This document shows, one piece after another, positions 36,254 through 45,624 of a DNA stretch of 64,000 nt. Source of the DNA: an uncultured Erysipelotrichaceae bacterium. GTDB taxonomy: Bacteria; Bacillota_I; Bacilli_A; RFN20; CAG-826. The stretch spans positions 59,774 to 123,773 of the forward strand of contig CADCGC010000002.1 of NCBI GenBank assembly GCA_902800905.1. Direction: 5' to 3'. Under the pieces are notes generated by a model. That model saw nothing but the letters and a program-made list of their open reading frames with translations. It was not told where the DNA came from and made no database searches. The position numbers and the translations under genes are program-made. How positions within the stretch are numbered: the stretch's first letter is position 1; each line of letters begins with the position of its first letter.

Positions 36254-38263
36254 ATGTCTAGAAAACTTTTAGCTCTATTACCTGTTTGTTTAATTTTTAG
36301 CGCGTGTACGGGCGAGCAGCCTTTACCAGAACCAACAGGTGAAAAGAAGTACGTCGATGTACAACTTAGCGACATCTCTACAAAAGATGGAAATATTTTC
36401 CATGCTTTCTGTTGGAAATTTAGCGATGTTACCGCTAACCTAGCGTCAATTGCAGAACAAGGATTTAAATCTGTTCAAATTTCTCCAGTTCAACAACCAA
36501 AATCTGGTGGACCAAACTGGTGGAGTTTTTATCAACCACTTTCTTTCTCTATCGCTGATAACTCTACTCTTGGAACAAAAGATGACTTAATTGAGATGTG
36601 CGCAGCTGCGGATAGATATGGAATTTCTATCATCGCTGATATTGTTTTCAATCACTTAGCAAACATTGATGAAAAACATTTAGAAGCAGATGGAACCCCA
36701 ACTGTTTCTCCAAGTGTTGAAGCGTATGAACCAGAAATCTACGCGAAAAGAAACGCTAGCGGAGAAGAAGCGACTTTCCACCACAATACAAAAGCTACTG
36801 GAAGTGGAGCGATTACACAAAATTATCCTTATGGTGCATTACCTGATTTAAATACCGCTCATCCACTTGTTCAACAAAGAAGCTTAGATTTACTTAAAGA
36901 ATGTATCGATGTTGGTATCGATGGATTTAGATTAGATGCCGCTAAACATATTGAGACTCCTACCGATCCTGAATACGCTAGCGACTTCTTCCCAAATGTC
37001 ATTGATGCTGCAAAAGCATATTACAAAACCAAAACAAATAAAACTGATGAAGATCTTTATGTTTATGGTGAAATCTTAGATGATGTTCAAGGCGGAAGAA
37101 CAATTGATGATTATCTTCCATATATGGATGTCACTGATAACCAAACAAGAGATGCTTATATTCGTTCAACAGTTAGCAAAGATTGTTCTTTAACTGTGAC
37201 TGCAAAATATGAAAAGAACTGTGATCCTAGCCATATCGTTGTTTGGGGAGAATCCCATGATGACTATTGCAACGCTGGCACAGTTCCTGCTGCTGTCCAA
37301 GTCAATAGAGTGTGGGCGATGATGATGGCAAGAAAAGGTGCGAAAGGCTTATATCTTGCTAGACAAGCAAATAGAGATAATCTTACTGTTGCGCAAGTAG
37401 GTTCTTATACATTTGAAGAACCAAGTGTCGCAGTTATGAATAAATTCCATTATTGCTACAAAGATGTCGATGATTTTGTTTCTTCTCAACAAGAAATCTA
37501 CATTTGTGAGAGATATGATGAAGAATTCACAAATAGTCACGCCGCTGTTATCGTTGACACCACAAAGAACGTAGTGGCAGGCGGAAAAGATGTCACCTTC
37601 AAGAAAATCTCTGATGGCAAATATTATGACCAAATGACTGGCAAAGAAGTCGTCGTTAGAGGTCATAGAGCTCATATTGATTTCGGTGATTCAAATATTT
37701 GTGTTCTTACAACTACTGAAAATATGGCTCGACCATTTGTCAAAGTGTCTAATCGTGGTGGTTCATTTGTTGATTCATTAAAAGTTATTGTCAATTTACA
37801 AGATGCGACAGGAACATATCAAATCAATAACAAGGCCGCTGTCGACTTATCCGCTACAACTGAAATCACTATCAGAGCATCTGACGCAGTTGATGGAGTC
37901 ATTACTCTCAAATTAGCGTACGGCAACGAACAATATAGTTACCAAAGAGAATTCAAATATCGTTCAGTCACCCTTATTGAAGGATACTTTAATGTTATTA
38001 ATTTGAATTCTAGATATTTTACTGAAAATGAAATCTATCTTTGGTCTTGGGGAGTAAGTAAAGGCCAATGGAGTAAGAATTACACCGTAAGAGATGGCGT
38101 TCTCTTAATCGATTTAAATACATTCACTGATACATCATTCCTTATTGCTTTATTTGAAAAAGGATATGAAATTACTAATTTAACAAAATGGGATGACAAC
38201 TCATTAAAACAATCAAAAGATCTCGCAATTAAAGACAAGTTCTTTGATGCGACAGGTTTCTAG
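36254..38263 (+). CDS. lipoprotein alpha-amylase (GH13)
   Basis: Lipobox IFSACTG. GH13 regions FHAFCWKF, IADIVFNH, GFRLDAAKHIE (nucleophile region), GEILD and VWGESHD. Confidence 0.85.
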   Translation: MSRKLLALLPVCLIFSACTGEQPLPEPTGEKKYVDVQLSDISTKDGNIFHAFCWKFSDVTANLASIAEQGFKSVQISPVQQPKSGGPNWWSFYQPLSFSIADNSTLGTKDDLIEMCAAADRYGISIIADIVFNHLANIDEKHLEADGTPTVSPSVEAYEPEIYAKRNASGEEATFHHNTKATGSGAITQNYPYGALPDLNTAHPLVQQRSLDLLKECIDVGIDGFRLDAAKHIETPTDPEYASDFFPNVIDAAKAYYKTKTNKTDEDLYVYGEILDDVQGGRTIDDYLPYMDVTDNQTRDAYIRSTVSKDCSLTVTAKYEKNCDPSHIVVWGESHDDYCNAGTVPAAVQVNRVWAMMMARKGAKGLYLARQANRDNLTVAQVGSYTFEEPSVAVMNKFHYCYKDVDDFVSSQQEIYICERYDEEFTNSHAAVIVDTTKNVVAGGKDVTFKKISDGKYYDQMTGKEVVVRGHRAHIDFGDSNICVLTTTENMARPFVKVSNRGGSFVDSLKVIVNLQDATGTYQINNKAAVDLSATTEITIRASDAVDGVITLKLAYGNEQYSYQREFKYRSVTLIEGYFNVINLNSRYFTENEIYLWSWGVSKGQWSKNYTVRDGVLLIDLNTFTDTSFLIALFEKGYEITNLTKWDDNSLKQSKDLAIKDKFFDATGF

Positions 38264-38272
38264 GAGGCAAAT

Positions 38273-41032
38273 ATGCTAAAGAAAACTACTTTATCAATTT
38301 TAACATCAGTCACTATGCTCCTCCTTCTCACTTCGTGTGGGAATGGCTCTAGTGGTGGAGATTCTGGTGGTGATGGAGGACCTGCAAAGGTTGATAACTA
38401 TACAAAAGAAACTGAAACTTATAAGGATAAGCCAGAAGCTACAACCACCAAAGTTCGTTTCCACTATAGAAGAAAGGATGACGACGGATCTCTATCTTCT
38501 TATGTGAAATGGCAAATCTGGTCATGGGATACCGCTAATGGTGGTAATGGGGCATGGTATGAATTTACAAAATACGACGATTATGGCGTAATTTGTGATA
38601 TCACTTTAGCGGATGTTGCTAAAGATGGTAATTTCACTAGCCAAATCGGTTTCATCGTTTCTACTGTTAACTGGACAAAAGATGGTGACGCCGATAGATA
38701 TGTTGATGTCTTATCTAAAGCACCTGGTGGTGTTCAAGAAGTTTACTTATATCAAGGAAAGACCAATATTTATAACGATCCTGATTCACCATTCTTAGAT
38801 ACACTTGGCTACGCCACACTCAACTCATTAAACGAAGTTCTTGTTACATTCAAACCAAACGATAATTCCTTTGCGTTTAACGCGAGTAAGTTAGTTGTTA
38901 AGAAGAACGGAAATATTGTTAATAACTACACAGTTGGTAGCTATGCTAGTAAGAAAGTCACCATTACATTTAATGAACCATTAGACATTACTGATTCATT
39001 ATCTGTTGGCTATGCCTTCTCAAGTACATATACAGATGAAAAAGTTGTCGCAGTCACAAAATACTTCGATACCGACGACTTTAAGAACAAATATCATTAC
39101 ACCGGTACTGATTTAGGTGTGTCTTTCGATAACGAAAATAACCCATCCAAAACAACATTTAAACTTTGGGCGCCAACAACCAAATCAGTTAAACTCAACT
39201 TATATGAAGCTGGTAATGGTGGTTCTCCAATTTCTTCAACTGAAATGACAAAAGGAGAAAAAGGTGTCTTTGAAAAAACCTTCAATGAAGATCTAGATGG
39301 TAAATATTACACCTATACAGTCACCAATTCTAAAGGCACAAACGAAGTTGTTGATCCATACGCAAAATCTGCTGGTCTCAATGGCCAAAGAGGTATGGTT
39401 GTTAACTTCACAAGATTAAATAAACAAATCTCTGGTTGGGATAGTGATACTAGACCATCATGGGGTAGACACAGTTATGGTAGCGAAGCTATCATCTATG
39501 AAATCCATGTTAGAGATATGACAATCAATCCTAATAGTGGTGTTTCTGCTTCTCATAGAGGAAAATATTTAGGTTTAACTGAAGATGACACTACACACGT
39601 TGGTGAAAACGGTGTTGAAGTATCAACAGGTTTAGCCCACTTAGAAGAACTTGGAATTACCCATGTTCAAATTCAACCATTCTATGATTATTCAAGTGTT
39701 GATGAATCACTTGATACCACAGTGATGTCTGAAACCAACTACAACTGGGGATATGATCCACTTAATTACAACGTTTTAGAAGGTAGTTATTCTACAAACC
39801 CATCCGATGGTTATAACAGAATCATCGAATTCAAACAAATGGTTATGGCCTTACATAGTAAAGGCATCTCCGTTAATATGGACGTTGTTTATAATCACAC
39901 CTCTGGTTTTGACACAAGCAACTTGCAAAAAATCGTTCCTAACTATTATTACCGCACCAGCGTTAGTGGAACTCCAAGTAATGGTTCTGGCTGTGGCAAC
40001 GAACTCGCTTCCAATAGATTCATGGTCAACAAATTTGTTCGTGAATCTGTGAAATTCTATACATCTGAATATCACTTAAGTGGATACCGTTTTGACCTTA
40101 TGGGCTTAATGGATAACCAAGTGATGATTGATGTCTATAATGACAACAAAGCCATTTATGATAGCGTGATGGTTTATGGTGAACCTTGGACAGGTGGAAC
40201 AACTCCTTTAGAAGGAACAACTGATCCAAATAAACTTGATAGCCAACAAACCATTCAAAACTCATTGTCAAAACAATATTTCTACGGTGATGGCGTTCTT
40301 GTTGGAGCGTTCAATGACCAAATTAGAAATGCAATTAAAGGTGACAACGGCCCAGGAAAAGGCTGGATTAATGGCTTAGCATATTCCTCTGCAATCGAAG
40401 CAGGAGTTAAGGGCATGTTTAAGACCAGTGCTTCCACAATTTCTCCAAGCCAAGTCATTAACTATGTTTCATGTCACGATAATTACACTCTTTTTGATCA
40501 TTTAACATTGAACACCAAGGGATCAACAAGAGTCATGAAAGATTTATATACTCAAGCTGATGCAATCGTTTTAATGGCGTGTGGCGTTGCTTTCATGCAA
40601 GAAGGCGAAGATTTCATGCGTTCTAAAGCTTATGTCAAAGACGGTGAAACAATTTACGAACATAACTCATACAATGTTGGCGACTTTATTAACAACATGG
40701 ACTATGAACTTAAGAGTAAGAACATGGATGTCTTCAATTACTTCAAAGACACAATTGAATTAAGAAAAGATATTGAAGGTTTAAGCATTAATACACGTGA
40801 AGAAGTTACTGCTAATATTAAGTCTTATTCTGGTTCAACAGCTTCCGCTAAATATGAAATCCGTTCAGGAAGTAACACATATTTAGTCATCCACTCTGTT
40901 GGTGGTGGAACATTTAATGTTGGAAGCGGATATACTTTAGTCCTCAACTCTAAGCTTGGTAGCACCGTTAGTGGTGTTGATACTGGCTCAGTTACTTTAG
41001 GTAGCAACCAAACAATTGTTTTAAGAAAATAA
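38273..41032 (+). CDS. pulA: lipoprotein pullulanase type I (GH13_14) with N-terminal CBM41/CBM48-like modules
   Basis: Lipobox LLTSCGNGSSGG. YNWGYDPLNY pullulanase signature, GYRFDLMGL nucleophile region, VYNHT and YVSCHDN. Confidence 0.85.
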   Translation: MLKKTTLSILTSVTMLLLLTSCGNGSSGGDSGGDGGPAKVDNYTKETETYKDKPEATTTKVRFHYRRKDDDGSLSSYVKWQIWSWDTANGGNGAWYEFTKYDDYGVICDITLADVAKDGNFTSQIGFIVSTVNWTKDGDADRYVDVLSKAPGGVQEVYLYQGKTNIYNDPDSPFLDTLGYATLNSLNEVLVTFKPNDNSFAFNASKLVVKKNGNIVNNYTVGSYASKKVTITFNEPLDITDSLSVGYAFSSTYTDEKVVAVTKYFDTDDFKNKYHYTGTDLGVSFDNENNPSKTTFKLWAPTTKSVKLNLYEAGNGGSPISSTEMTKGEKGVFEKTFNEDLDGKYYTYTVTNSKGTNEVVDPYAKSAGLNGQRGMVVNFTRLNKQISGWDSDTRPSWGRHSYGSEAIIYEIHVRDMTINPNSGVSASHRGKYLGLTEDDTTHVGENGVEVSTGLAHLEELGITHVQIQPFYDYSSVDESLDTTVMSETNYNWGYDPLNYNVLEGSYSTNPSDGYNRIIEFKQMVMALHSKGISVNMDVVYNHTSGFDTSNLQKIVPNYYYRTSVSGTPSNGSGCGNELASNRFMVNKFVRESVKFYTSEYHLSGYRFDLMGLMDNQVMIDVYNDNKAIYDSVMVYGEPWTGGTTPLEGTTDPNKLDSQQTIQNSLSKQYFYGDGVLVGAFNDQIRNAIKGDNGPGKGWINGLAYSSAIEAGVKGMFKTSASTISPSQVINYVSCHDNYTLFDHLTLNTKGSTRVMKDLYTQADAIVLMACGVAFMQEGEDFMRSKAYVKDGETIYEHNSYNVGDFINNMDYELKSKNMDVFNYFKDTIELRKDIEGLSINTREEVTANIKSYSGSTASAKYEIRSGSNTYLVIHSVGGGTFNVGSGYTLVLNSKLGSTVSGVDTGSVTLGSNQTIVLRK

Positions 41033-41038
41033 AAACAT

Positions 41039-41455
41039 ATGAGTAAAAGCGTAGTCAGAACATATCCACTTAAAGGACTATCAATCTTCCTATCCGTTGT
41101 TATTGTCCTCTCAATCGGACTATCAATTGGTATTGTGTTCATAGAAGACCTCTTAGTATTAAGAATTGTTATCTGGGTATTTTCTGGGATCTTCGCAATT
41201 ACATCAATTGTCGTCTTATTAAAAGAAGCGATTATCTACTTGTCTTTTGATGAAGAAAGCGAGATTCTCACTTCTCACGAATTCATAATAAGACGCAAGA
41301 TACCGCTAACAAAGATTAGCCGTATCGAAGTTAAAGATGGTTTCTATGTCTTCTATTCAGGGAAACAAAAAATCTACACTCTTGGGGCAGATCGCCCTAA
41401 TGCTAATGAATTAGCCCTGGCGTTAGAAAGACATAAAATAAAAATTAAATGGTAA
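41039..41455 (+). CDS. small membrane protein with two TM helices and a bacterial PH-like (YdbS/DUF304-type) C-terminal domain
   Basis: Two hydrophobic helices, then LSFDEESEILTSHEFIIRRKIPLTKISRIEVKDGFYVFY, typical of bPH_2 proteins. Confidence 0.4.
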   Translation: MSKSVVRTYPLKGLSIFLSVVIVLSIGLSIGIVFIEDLLVLRIVIWVFSGIFAITSIVVLLKEAIIYLSFDEESEILTSHEFIIRRKIPLTKISRIEVKDGFYVFYSGKQKIYTLGADRPNANELALALERHKIKIKW

Positions 41456-41480
41456 AAATTTTAGTAAAAGGAGGCTATTT

Positions 41481-43358
41481 ATGGCGGAACTAAAATTAAA
41501 TCATATTTATAAGGTTTATGATAATGGTCATAAAGCTGTTAATGATTTCTGTATCGACATTAAAGATAAAGAATTCATTGTCTTCGTTGGACCATCCGGA
41601 TGTGGTAAATCAACAACCTTACGTATGATTGCTGGTTTAGAGAAAATTACTGCTGGCGACCTTTTCATTGGTGACACACTCGTAAATGATATGGAACCAA
41701 AAGATCGTGACATCGCAATGGTTTTCCAAAACTACGCCTTGTATCCACACATGACTGTCTATGACAACATGGCGTTTGGATTAAGGAATAGACGTATTCC
41801 TGAAGACGTAATTAAAGAAAAAGTTCTTAAAGCCGCGAACACCCTTGATATCACCGACTATCTTAGCAAAAAGCCAAAAGAAATGTCCGGTGGTCAAAGA
41901 CAACGTGTTGCTTTAGGAAGAGCGATTGTCCGTGAACCAAAAGTATTCCTTCTCGATGAACCTCTTAGTAATCTTGATGCGAAGTTAAGAGCGCAAATGA
42001 GAACAGAGATTACTAAACTTCACAAAGAGCTTCAAACAACGTTCATTTACGTTACCCACGACCAAGTCGAGGCGATGACTATGGGCACACGTATCGTTGT
42101 TATGAAAGCAGGGTATGTTCAACAAATTGACACCCCAATGAATCTTTATGACAAACCATACAATCAATTTGTCGCAGGATTTATCGGAACACCTCAAATG
42201 AACTTCTTTGATGTAAAACTTCAAAGAAAAGGTGACAAAGTCAACATGTTAATGCCTGATGAGAGCACTGTCGTATTGAATTATGACTCATTTGCAAAAG
42301 TCCATGGTTCTTACTTAGACGGTGAAAAAGATGTTATCTTTGGTATTAGACCAGATCATATCATCTTGTCAGAAAAAGACACTGGCTTAAAAGTTAGAGT
42401 GACAGCGGTTGAACACCTTGGTAATGAATCAATCATCTACGGAAATCTTGGCGAAGAAAAGAAAGACTTCACCATGAAAGATGAAGGTAAATCCATCATC
42501 ATTAAAGACACCAACAATACAAAAGTTGAGGTCGATGATGTTGTGTTTATTGGATTCAAAGAAGACAAGATTCATTTATTTGACAAATCAACTCAAGTGA
42601 CACTCATTCTTGATGTTCCAGCTTCTAACTATGTTAAAGCAGAACTCGATGGAGACACCTTATCAGTACTAAACGGCAAAGTGAAATTACCTGCTGCTGT
42701 TTTAGCAAAACTTGAAGGTCACAAAGACTTAGCTCTTGAAATTGCTCCTTCAGCGATTGTCAAAGGCAACTCACTTAAACTCAAAGTTAAGAGAGTCGAA
42801 CAAGTTGATGACAAGTATCTTGCTCACCTCGTTTACGAAGATCACTACGTCTTTGCGTTGGTCGATGAAAAAGTAAAAGAGGGCGATACCTACGCGTTTG
42901 ATGTCGAATTTGATAAAGTCAAAGCGTTTGATGGTGAAGAAGAACTTCTTGCACCAATCGGTGAGAATGAACACTTAGATGGTAAATTCGTTAAGAAAGA
43001 TATCAACAGAAAAGAAGTTGAATTCTATTACGTTATTGGTGGCACTCAAATTAGTGACACCCTTGGTAATGGTTTCAAAATCAACTCAGTTGATGGTAAC
43101 GAATGTTACTCCAAAACATATAAATACGTCTTTAACCGTGACAAAGTTGTTGTTGGTCAAGGAGAGATTAAGGCTACAGCTTTAGAACTCTTAGACTACG
43201 GACACGTTAAATATGTCAAAGCTAAAGTTGGCGAAGAAGAATTATTACTTGTTGTCCCAGAAGGATTAGAGCTTTCTAATGGACAAGAATTCTCTTTCGA
43301 TGTTAAAGGCAAGGATGTTGAAGTTTGGGATAAGAAGAACGACTTCAGAATTTGTTAA
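41481..43358 (+). CDS. sugar ABC transporter ATP-binding protein, MalK/MsmX family, with a ~250-aa C-terminal extension
   Basis: Walker [25 protein letters not shown], Walker B and H-loop within the first ~370 aa. 625 aa in total. The extension is rich in beta-strand-like K/E/V segments. Confidence 0.9.
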   Translation: MAELKLNHIYKVYDNGHKAVNDFCIDIKDKEFIVFVGPSGCGKSTTLRMIAGLEKITAGDLFIGDTLVNDMEPKDRDIAMVFQNYALYPHMTVYDNMAFGLRNRRIPEDVIKEKVLKAANTLDITDYLSKKPKEMSGGQRQRVALGRAIVREPKVFLLDEPLSNLDAKLRAQMRTEITKLHKELQTTFIYVTHDQVEAMTMGTRIVVMKAGYVQQIDTPMNLYDKPYNQFVAGFIGTPQMNFFDVKLQRKGDKVNMLMPDESTVVLNYDSFAKVHGSYLDGEKDVIFGIRPDHIILSEKDTGLKVRVTAVEHLGNESIIYGNLGEEKKDFTMKDEGKSIIIKDTNNTKVEVDDVVFIGFKEDKIHLFDKSTQVTLILDVPASNYVKAELDGDTLSVLNGKVKLPAAVLAKLEGHKDLALEIAPSAIVKGNSLKLKVKRVEQVDDKYLAHLVYEDHYVFALVDEKVKEGDTYAFDVEFDKVKAFDGEEELLAPIGENEHLDGKFVKKDINRKEVEFYYVIGGTQISDTLGNGFKINSVDGNECYSKTYKYVFNRDKVVVGQGEIKATALELLDYGHVKYVKAKVGEEELLLVVPEGLELSNGQEFSFDVKGKDVEVWDKKNDFRIC

Positions 43359-43365
43359 TTAATTT

Positions 43366-44172
43366 ATGGAAGAATTTAAAGAAGAAAACAGTCAAGTAGT
43401 GGTGGAGGAAGGTCCAAAACCACAATATAACCAAAAGCCAAGACTTGTGGCGAGAATTCTCAGCGGTCTTGTCGATTACTTTATTGTTTTTCTATCTGCA
43501 TTTCTCTTCTTACAAATCATCTTAGCGACACCTTGGGGTGGCTATCATATCTCACTAAGAAATGACATGTTAAGAATCCAAGACACCTATGCGCTTCAAT
43601 ATGATGTCAGTCATAAAGTTTATGAAGGAGAAGAAAAATACTCATCATACGCTGGCTATATCATCTATACCGAAACCGAAGGTGAGAATGTTGGAAAGAA
43701 ATATGTCGTTGTAGCTAATGATAACATTACCGCTGAGGCTAAGAATAATTACACAAGCGCAGTTTCTAATGATGGTGTTTACCAAAGTCATCTCATTACA
43801 TATAAAGCAAATTATTATGGAATGTTAATGGCCTCACTAGGAACTAGTGAATTGATATTTGTGTTAATCATTCCTCTAGTAAATAAACGTAGAGCATCAC
43901 TTGGAAGATTAGTTGCTATGACTTCTTTGATTTCAAAGAAAGAAGAGCAAGCCAAGTGGTGGCAAGTCTTAATTAGATTTGCCTTTGTCCTCTTAGTTGA
44001 AAGCGCATTACCTCTCTATTTCTTAAGTGAAATAGCGACACTCCTAATCGTTATTGGAGTTAACGCTATCATCATGCTAATTAGTAGAAAGACTGGTAGA
44101 ACGCTTAGAGATTATGTCTCACTAACGATGATTATAAATAAAAACACTTATAAACCAATCAGTGAACAATAA
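43366..44172 (+). CDS. RDD-family membrane protein
   Basis: RLVARILSGLVDYFIVFLSAFLF at the N-terminus and TGRTLRDYVSLTMII at the C-terminus. Same architecture as 5386..6450. Confidence 0.5.
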   Translation: MEEFKEENSQVVVEEGPKPQYNQKPRLVARILSGLVDYFIVFLSAFLFLQIILATPWGGYHISLRNDMLRIQDTYALQYDVSHKVYEGEEKYSSYAGYIIYTETEGENVGKKYVVVANDNITAEAKNNYTSAVSNDGVYQSHLITYKANYYGMLMASLGTSELIFVLIIPLVNKRRASLGRLVAMTSLISKKEEQAKWWQVLIRFAFVLLVESALPLYFLSEIATLLIVIGVNAIIMLISRKTGRTLRDYVSLTMIINKNTYKPISEQ

Positions 44173-44182
44173 GGAGGTTCAT

Positions 44183-45586
44183 ATGAAAAGAATTGGAAAA
44201 ACTTTATTGGCTGTATTATCAGCCGGAATGATGACTAGCACATTAGCATCGTGTGGTAGTTCCAAACCTGAAATTACACTTTGGGTTGGTGAAGAATCCG
44301 TTGCATTCTATCAAAAGGTTTGTAACGAATTCGAAAAAGAACAAGACTTTGGTTATTCAATTAGAGTTGTTGCTTCTGATGCTGGTAGTATTGCTGGACC
44401 ATTCGTCGCCGATAATACTGCTTGTGGTGACATTGTTACTGTCGCTCATGACAACATTGGTAAATTTGCTCAAAAGCAATTAATCAGAGGAATTAATGAC
44501 CCTGAATTATTAGCCCAAATTGAAGCTGATAACCCAGATACATATAAGGAAGTCATTAAATCCGTATATGGTAAGGATACAAGCACCAAATATACATTCG
44601 GTGTTCCTTATATTTCACAAACATTATTCTTAATGTACAACAAAACCTATATTTCCGAGGAACAAGCTAAGACGTTCGAAGGCTTGAAAGAGGCTGTTGA
44701 CGCTGCTAACGCCGCAAATCCAGCGTTAAATGCATCTGCCGTTACTTCTAAAGGTTCAGATGGATTTAACTTCTCATTCACCTTATTAGCAAGAAATGCT
44801 CAAACAAAAGAAACATCATTAAAACTTTATGAGAATTTAGTGAAAACTGAAACATATGCTCAAGGCGATGACACAGTTGCTAACTTAAAATGGATTAATG
44901 ATGCAACAACAAATCAAAACTTATTTACATTTCCAAATAGCTCTGGTTTCCAAACCATGTTAAATACCGGTAGTGCTTTATCCGTTATTGGTGGAGCATG
45001 GATGTATGGCGCATGTGTTAAAGCCATGGGTGGTGAAGACAAAGTTGGTATCGCAACTATTCCAACATGGACTTTACAAGAAAGACACGTTGAAGGAACA
45101 ACTATTCCAGCCGGAACAGTTATGCAAGGTGGATCATTTGCTGACTGTAAAGCATTTGTCATTAACGGCGCGATTAGCAGTGACAAATATCAACCAATCC
45201 AAAAATTATTAAAACATCTTTCCAGTAAAGAAGTTCAAAACAAATCATTCCTTGAAGCATATAACGTTCCTGCTTACGAAGGATATATGGAATATATCGA
45301 AACCATCAAAGACCAAGTCCCAGCAAATATTTATAACCTTGCAAAGGCTCAAGACAAGATGGCGGAATTTGGCATTCCACAACCATTCGTTACAAGTACA
45401 TTAAATAACTACTACTATATGCAAGGCGCTGATGGAATCTATTCAACGGTGGTTGAAGATGAAAAAACTACTGATAGAAAAATCAGAGAAGCCTTATGGA
45501 ATATGGAATATATCTGGAAATGGGGAGATAACTCCAAAGCTACAGTTCCAGAAGTGCTCCCAGGATCCACAGATAAACAAAGCTAA
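44183..45586 (+). CDS. lipoprotein maltose/maltodextrin ABC substrate-binding protein (MalE-like)
   Basis: Start trimmed to MKRIGK behind AAGGAGG. Lipobox LASCGSS. ITLWVGEE... N-terminus and ~460-aa family-1 SBP. It lies upstream of the MalF/MalG permeases. Confidence 0.7.
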   Translation: MKRIGKTLLAVLSAGMMTSTLASCGSSKPEITLWVGEESVAFYQKVCNEFEKEQDFGYSIRVVASDAGSIAGPFVADNTACGDIVTVAHDNIGKFAQKQLIRGINDPELLAQIEADNPDTYKEVIKSVYGKDTSTKYTFGVPYISQTLFLMYNKTYISEEQAKTFEGLKEAVDAANAANPALNASAVTSKGSDGFNFSFTLLARNAQTKETSLKLYENLVKTETYAQGDDTVANLKWINDATTNQNLFTFPNSSGFQTMLNTGSALSVIGGAWMYGACVKAMGGEDKVGIATIPTWTLQERHVEGTTIPAGTVMQGGSFADCKAFVINGAISSDKYQPIQKLLKHLSSKEVQNKSFLEAYNVPAYEGYMEYIETIKDQVPANIYNLAKAQDKMAEFGIPQPFVTSTLNNYYYMQGADGIYSTVVEDEKTTDRKIREALWNMEYIWKWGDNSKATVPEVLPGSTDKQS

Positions 45587-45624
45587 TTAAACAATAATTC
45601 TTTTTAGAAGAAAGGAGGAATTAT

